Positions 21,364-24,903 of a stretch of DNA of 24,903 nt are shown here, one piece after another. The first letter of the stretch is position 1; every line of letters starts with the position of its first letter. The translations under genes were made by a program, and so were the position numbers. The stretch is from Macrostomum lignano (Eukaryota), in the NCBI GenBank assembly GCA_002269645.1, contig NIVC01002961.1, positions 1 through 24,903 on the forward strand, read 5' to 3'. The notes beneath the pieces are model-generated. The model was not told where the DNA came from and did not search any database. It saw only the letters and a list, made by a program, of their open reading frames with translations.

Positions 21364-24300
21364 CTAGACTTTGCTCTGCGTAGATCGCTGCACAAATCGC
21401 AGCTTCTCGGCAAAGAACTCCGGATTTCTCCGGTGCACAATGATGCCCGCCACGATTAGTGAGATCAGAAGCGCCGCCACCAGCAGGCCGACAATCAGAC
21501 CCACGAATCCGAACGGCGCGTTGGCGAAGCCGCGAGCCGCGTAGACTCCCGGACGGTCGACTCGAAATTCTACGCGAGTGGCTTCGGCCGACTTCAGCGG
21601 GCCGTGATGGCTGACTGCGCTTGAGAATTCAGTCTCCATGCGGTAGACCTTTGAGCATGAGGTGTAATTATATGTTTAACAAAGCCTTTATATATTTTCT
21701 AAAGTAGGCTCGTATAAACTTTTTATTTTATACGAGGCATTTTTTGATGATGTCGGGATTCGAACTCGTGTCTTTCTAAGAAAGAGAACGAAGGTATCTA
21801 ATATATCACGCAATTTTGGTCATACCCAGGAATCGAACCCGGGACTTCTAGCGTTAAAGAACGACGCCTTGTAACCACTAAGCCACGAGCCCCAGTGTAA
21901 AGTTGGCTCCAAAACCACATATAATTTCATAAAATCGGTTATCCACAGCTTCTCACCTGCACATCGTGCCCCTCGGTCGGATCGGCTCCATCGTTGGTTA
22001 CCATGGAAACTAGAAGAGGTGTCGCGAAAGCTTCGCCCGCCTGTCCGTCGACGTCAATGCGCAGCAGGTCGGTGAACCAGGTGTCGCCGTACACGCTGTC
22101 GGAGTCCGTCTTCGCCGCCTTGGCGCTGTGTGGCGTCACACGAAGCTGCAGGTAGCGTAGGGAGCTGAAGGCTCCAGCCGGAACCGTCACCTCGGCCAAG
22201 GTCTTCGTGCCGTCTGTCACCTGATCGAATGTGGGGTGGGGGGGTTGATTAAGCTGTCATATGCTGAACAGGTATGGATATGTGACTCTTTGTGCTTGGG
22301 ACTCTAGCTATCCGACAGTCTTGTTCGGATGTTAATGTTGCGTCAGATGTTACACAATCTTGTCTGACATGACACAAATCTTGTCCAACATCTGACACAA
22401 ATCTGTCTAATATCTGACACAAATTTGTCTAACATCATACACAAATGTGTCCAACATCTGACACAAATCTGTCTAGCATCTGACACAAATATGTCTAACA
22501 TCTGACACAAATATGTCTAACATCTGACACAAATCTGTCTAACATCTGACACAAATATGTCTAACATCTGACACAAATCTGTCTAACATCTGACACAAAT
22601 ATGTCTAACATCTGACACAAATCTGTCTAACATCTGACACAAATCTGTTACAGCATCTGACACAAATCTGTCTAACATCTGACACAAATTTGTGTAACAT
22701 CTGACATAAATCTGTCTAACATCTCTCTAACATCCCAAATCCCCTAAACAGCAAACGCAAACCTTGAACGTGTAAGCCTGTCCATCAACCACGTGCGTAT
22801 CCGACCGATCACTGGAGCACACCAATCGACCTTTGTGACTGCGGTTGCTGAAATTATTATTCCTAGTGCAGACAAACGACCAGCTGCCGGCATTGGTCAC
22901 GCGACGGGCTCCCAGATCGAAGTAGGTCCCGGCATCGTTTAGAAGTTGCATAGAACCGCCCAGCTGAGGCTGAGGACTAAGCAGAGCCAGGTTAGTCAAA
23001 TCGCTCAATGGCCAATCTCCAATTCCATTGTTCAGAGTCCAATTGCGACCTTGAGAATAGTTTGTGTCCGGAATATTGGCGGCTAGATCATGCAGCGGCA
23101 GCATGTTGGATCTGTCTGTACCCGCGAGACCTTGGCCATCGTTATTCGCTGGGTTGGTGTTGGATCCGGTCCACTGAGGATGCACATAGCTGCCAGGCTT
23201 GGCGTGGGTCAGGTGGGGACAAAGTCGTACTCGACGGCTGGATAGACTTGCACAATATTGCCGCGTTTGCCGCGCACGTTCAGGTTGAGAATCTCGGCGC
23301 TTGACGGGATCGAGGAGGGCCGGGCTCGCACGTGGAAGACGTGGGATCGGTCCTGCGGGATGGCGGCGGCGTGTGGTGTTTAAAAACGGCTGGGTTAGAG
23401 AGGTCTGATGGGGTGGGAGAAAGAGCGAGAAAGGGACAGAGAAAAGAGAGAGATGGAGATGGAGATTTCGCGATAGGGTTTAGAGGGATACAAAGAGTAA
23501 GTGAGAGGGAGACAATGGGATAAAGGGGTGAGAGTGAGAATGAAAGAGTAGTTGAGAGGGAGATAATAAGAGAGGAGGGTGAGAGGGAGATAATGAGAGA
23601 GGGGTGAGAGGGAGATAGTGAGAGAGGGGTGAGAGGGAGATAGTGAGAGAGGGGTGAGAGGGAGACAATGAGAGAAAGGGGTGAGAGTGAGAATGAGAGA
23701 GTAGTTGAGAGGGAGATAATGAGAGAGGGGTGAGAGGGAGACAATGAGAGAAAGGGTGAGAGAGAGGGAGAGAGACAGTGAGAGAGGGGATGAGAGGGAG
23801 ATAACGATCTCTGAGGGTGAAAGGGAGATAATGAGAGAGAGAGAGGGGGGTTGAGATGGAGATAACGATCTCTGAGGGTGAGATAAACAAGAATCGCCTG
23901 ATAGTATCAGGCGATTCTTGTATGTAATCCACGGCATGTGCGACCCGAATATAACGCCTTATCTCCGCCGGAGATAATGAGTTATCTCCACTAGCCATGT
24001 CTATCCATCTCGTTGGTTTGTCTATGGTAGCAGAGTTACGCTACTGATTATCACCGCTCATTTAACACTGGGGGAATAGACGAGGCGCACAGGCAAAGTG
24101 GATTACATGGAGATAACGAGAGAGAGGGGTGAGAGGTAGATAAGGAGAGTTGTAGGGAGTGTCTAGCAGAATCTACCAAATGCCAAGGTAATTGACTCCT
24201 TACTCACCTGAAACACCCTGCCAAACTGTGCTGTATTAATATTCAACTGCAATTTGAACTTGCTGGAGTCGCCAAACAGCTGCACCTGGGATTATTAACC

Positions 24301-24903
24301 AGCTTGAATCCTCTGGCATCGGCAGCAGCCTTGCTAGCGAAGCCGAACTTTTTATAAACTCGACAGGACCCCCGTTGTTGTGCTCAGCGAATGTTGACCA
24401 ACGATCGTAGTCTCCGGTAGAAATATTGTACCGAACTCGAAGCACGCATTTCTCACCAGCCAGATGGTCTGGCACTGTCCAGTTGAACATCACAGCCTTG
24501 CCCTGGGCCGTGTTGCCAAGGTGATTGTCTCTGGTGGTTTCCGCTGTTCGACAAACTGGCGAGTCGATGCCCCAAGCCGGTTGTCGGTCCACTTGGCGCG
24601 GGAAGTTTCATGCATTCGGACTCGTTGCTAGGCAGTGTTAGTCCTCGGTTCGATTCCAGCTGTTCTACTGGCAAGCGACATTCGAATCGATCCTTGACGT
24701 TGGCGCTCTCGGTTTTGTAGAAACTGCATCTGTGGATCGTTGGTCAGGATGCGATGTCCCGCGGGCTGTGGTGCCAGTAGGGATAATAGTCCCGCTCCTC
24801 GGGGCACTCGTAGCCGTACTGAGTCCCGCCGGGGTTCTGACGGTGAACCTGGCGGTGTCGCCGCGAAGCCTCTGGTCCGCGGTGTACAAGCCGCCGTTTC
24901 GCT
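21364..24903 (-). CDS. DD3-3-like protein, 3' portion with C-terminal transmembrane helix; frameshifted in this sequence
   Basis: Exons on the minus strand: >24903-24208 (cag|gtgagt), 23352-22763, 22220-21957, 21648-21364, all phase 0. Motifs recovered across frames: [60 protein letters not shown]|[63 protein letters not shown], then a hydrophobic helix and the end RSTQSKV*. These match the DD3-3 family as recalled. The 5' end lies outside the window. Confidence 0.8.
21818..21893 (-). other. tRNA-derived element (SINE head or pseudo-tRNA) in the last intron of the DD3-3-like gene
   Basis: The minus strand reads GGGGCTCGTGGCTTAGTGGTTACAAGGCGTCGTTCTTTAACGCTAGAAGTCCCGGGTTCGATTCCTGGGTATGACC. It has an A box (TGGCTTAGTGG), a B box (GGTTCGATTCC) and a T-arm CCGGG/CCTGG, but the acceptor and anticodon stems do not pair, so it is not called a functional tRNA. 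Confidence 0.65.
22365..22726. repeat. Minisatellite, 22-bp unit ATCTGACACAAAT(C/A)TGTCTAAC, DD3-3-like intron
   Basis: About 16 tandem copies between the exons ending at 22763 and starting at 22220. Confidence 0.95.
23410..23882. repeat. GA-rich tandem repeat (GAGAGGGAGATAATGAGAGAGGGGT-like), DD3-3-like intron; resumes at about 24109-24150
   Basis: The plus strand is almost purely purine with a recurring GGAGATAA motif. The Ser/Leu/Pro minus-strand ORFs are artefacts. Confidence 0.92.

Noticed and set aside
21818-21893. Functional tRNA (Lys-like)
   Set aside because: The acceptor and anticodon stems do not pair; only the promoter boxes and T-arm are retained.
18345-22726. Resemblance between the 21-bp NUDCD2 intron unit and the reverse complement of the 22-bp DD3-3 intron unit (TAGACAG-TTTG)
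   Set aside because: The match is too short to separate from chance without a statistical test.

Overview
Eukaryotic (metazoan) genomic DNA with GT-AG introns; nothing here is prokaryotic, and no CRISPR array, operon or rRNA is supported. Four genes could be built by hand from splice signals and protein motifs: (1) a 9-exon HRI/EIF2AK1-like eIF2-alpha kinase (+, 4199-10333, about 723 aa); (2) a single-coding-exon MSS4/RABIF zinc-binding Rab factor (+, 15420-15830); (3) a 2-exon NUDCD2-like CS-domain co-chaperone (+, 18000-19134, 158 aa); (4) the 3' part of a DD3-3-like membrane-anchored protein (-, 21364 to beyond 24903), which carries about 8 frameshifts that look like long-read consensus errors. 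Most long ORFs in the supplied track are translations of minisatellites, and most large introns hold their own private tandem repeat. The style resembles Macrostomum-type flatworm genomes, which is an inference. The most striking unexplained signal is a sharply bounded CpG desert (1-4140). It contains a 5'-truncated RTE-like LINE with an intact 9-bp target-site duplication whose lesions mostly read as CpG deamination, suggesting TE-targeted methylation beside CpG-rich genes. Other oddities are a hairpin-rich GC island with an inverted-plus-tandem 25-mer, a palindromic-core repeat, a tRNA-derived SINE-like pair and an inverted-repeat cluster inside a GA satellite. All coordinates and counts were made by eye.
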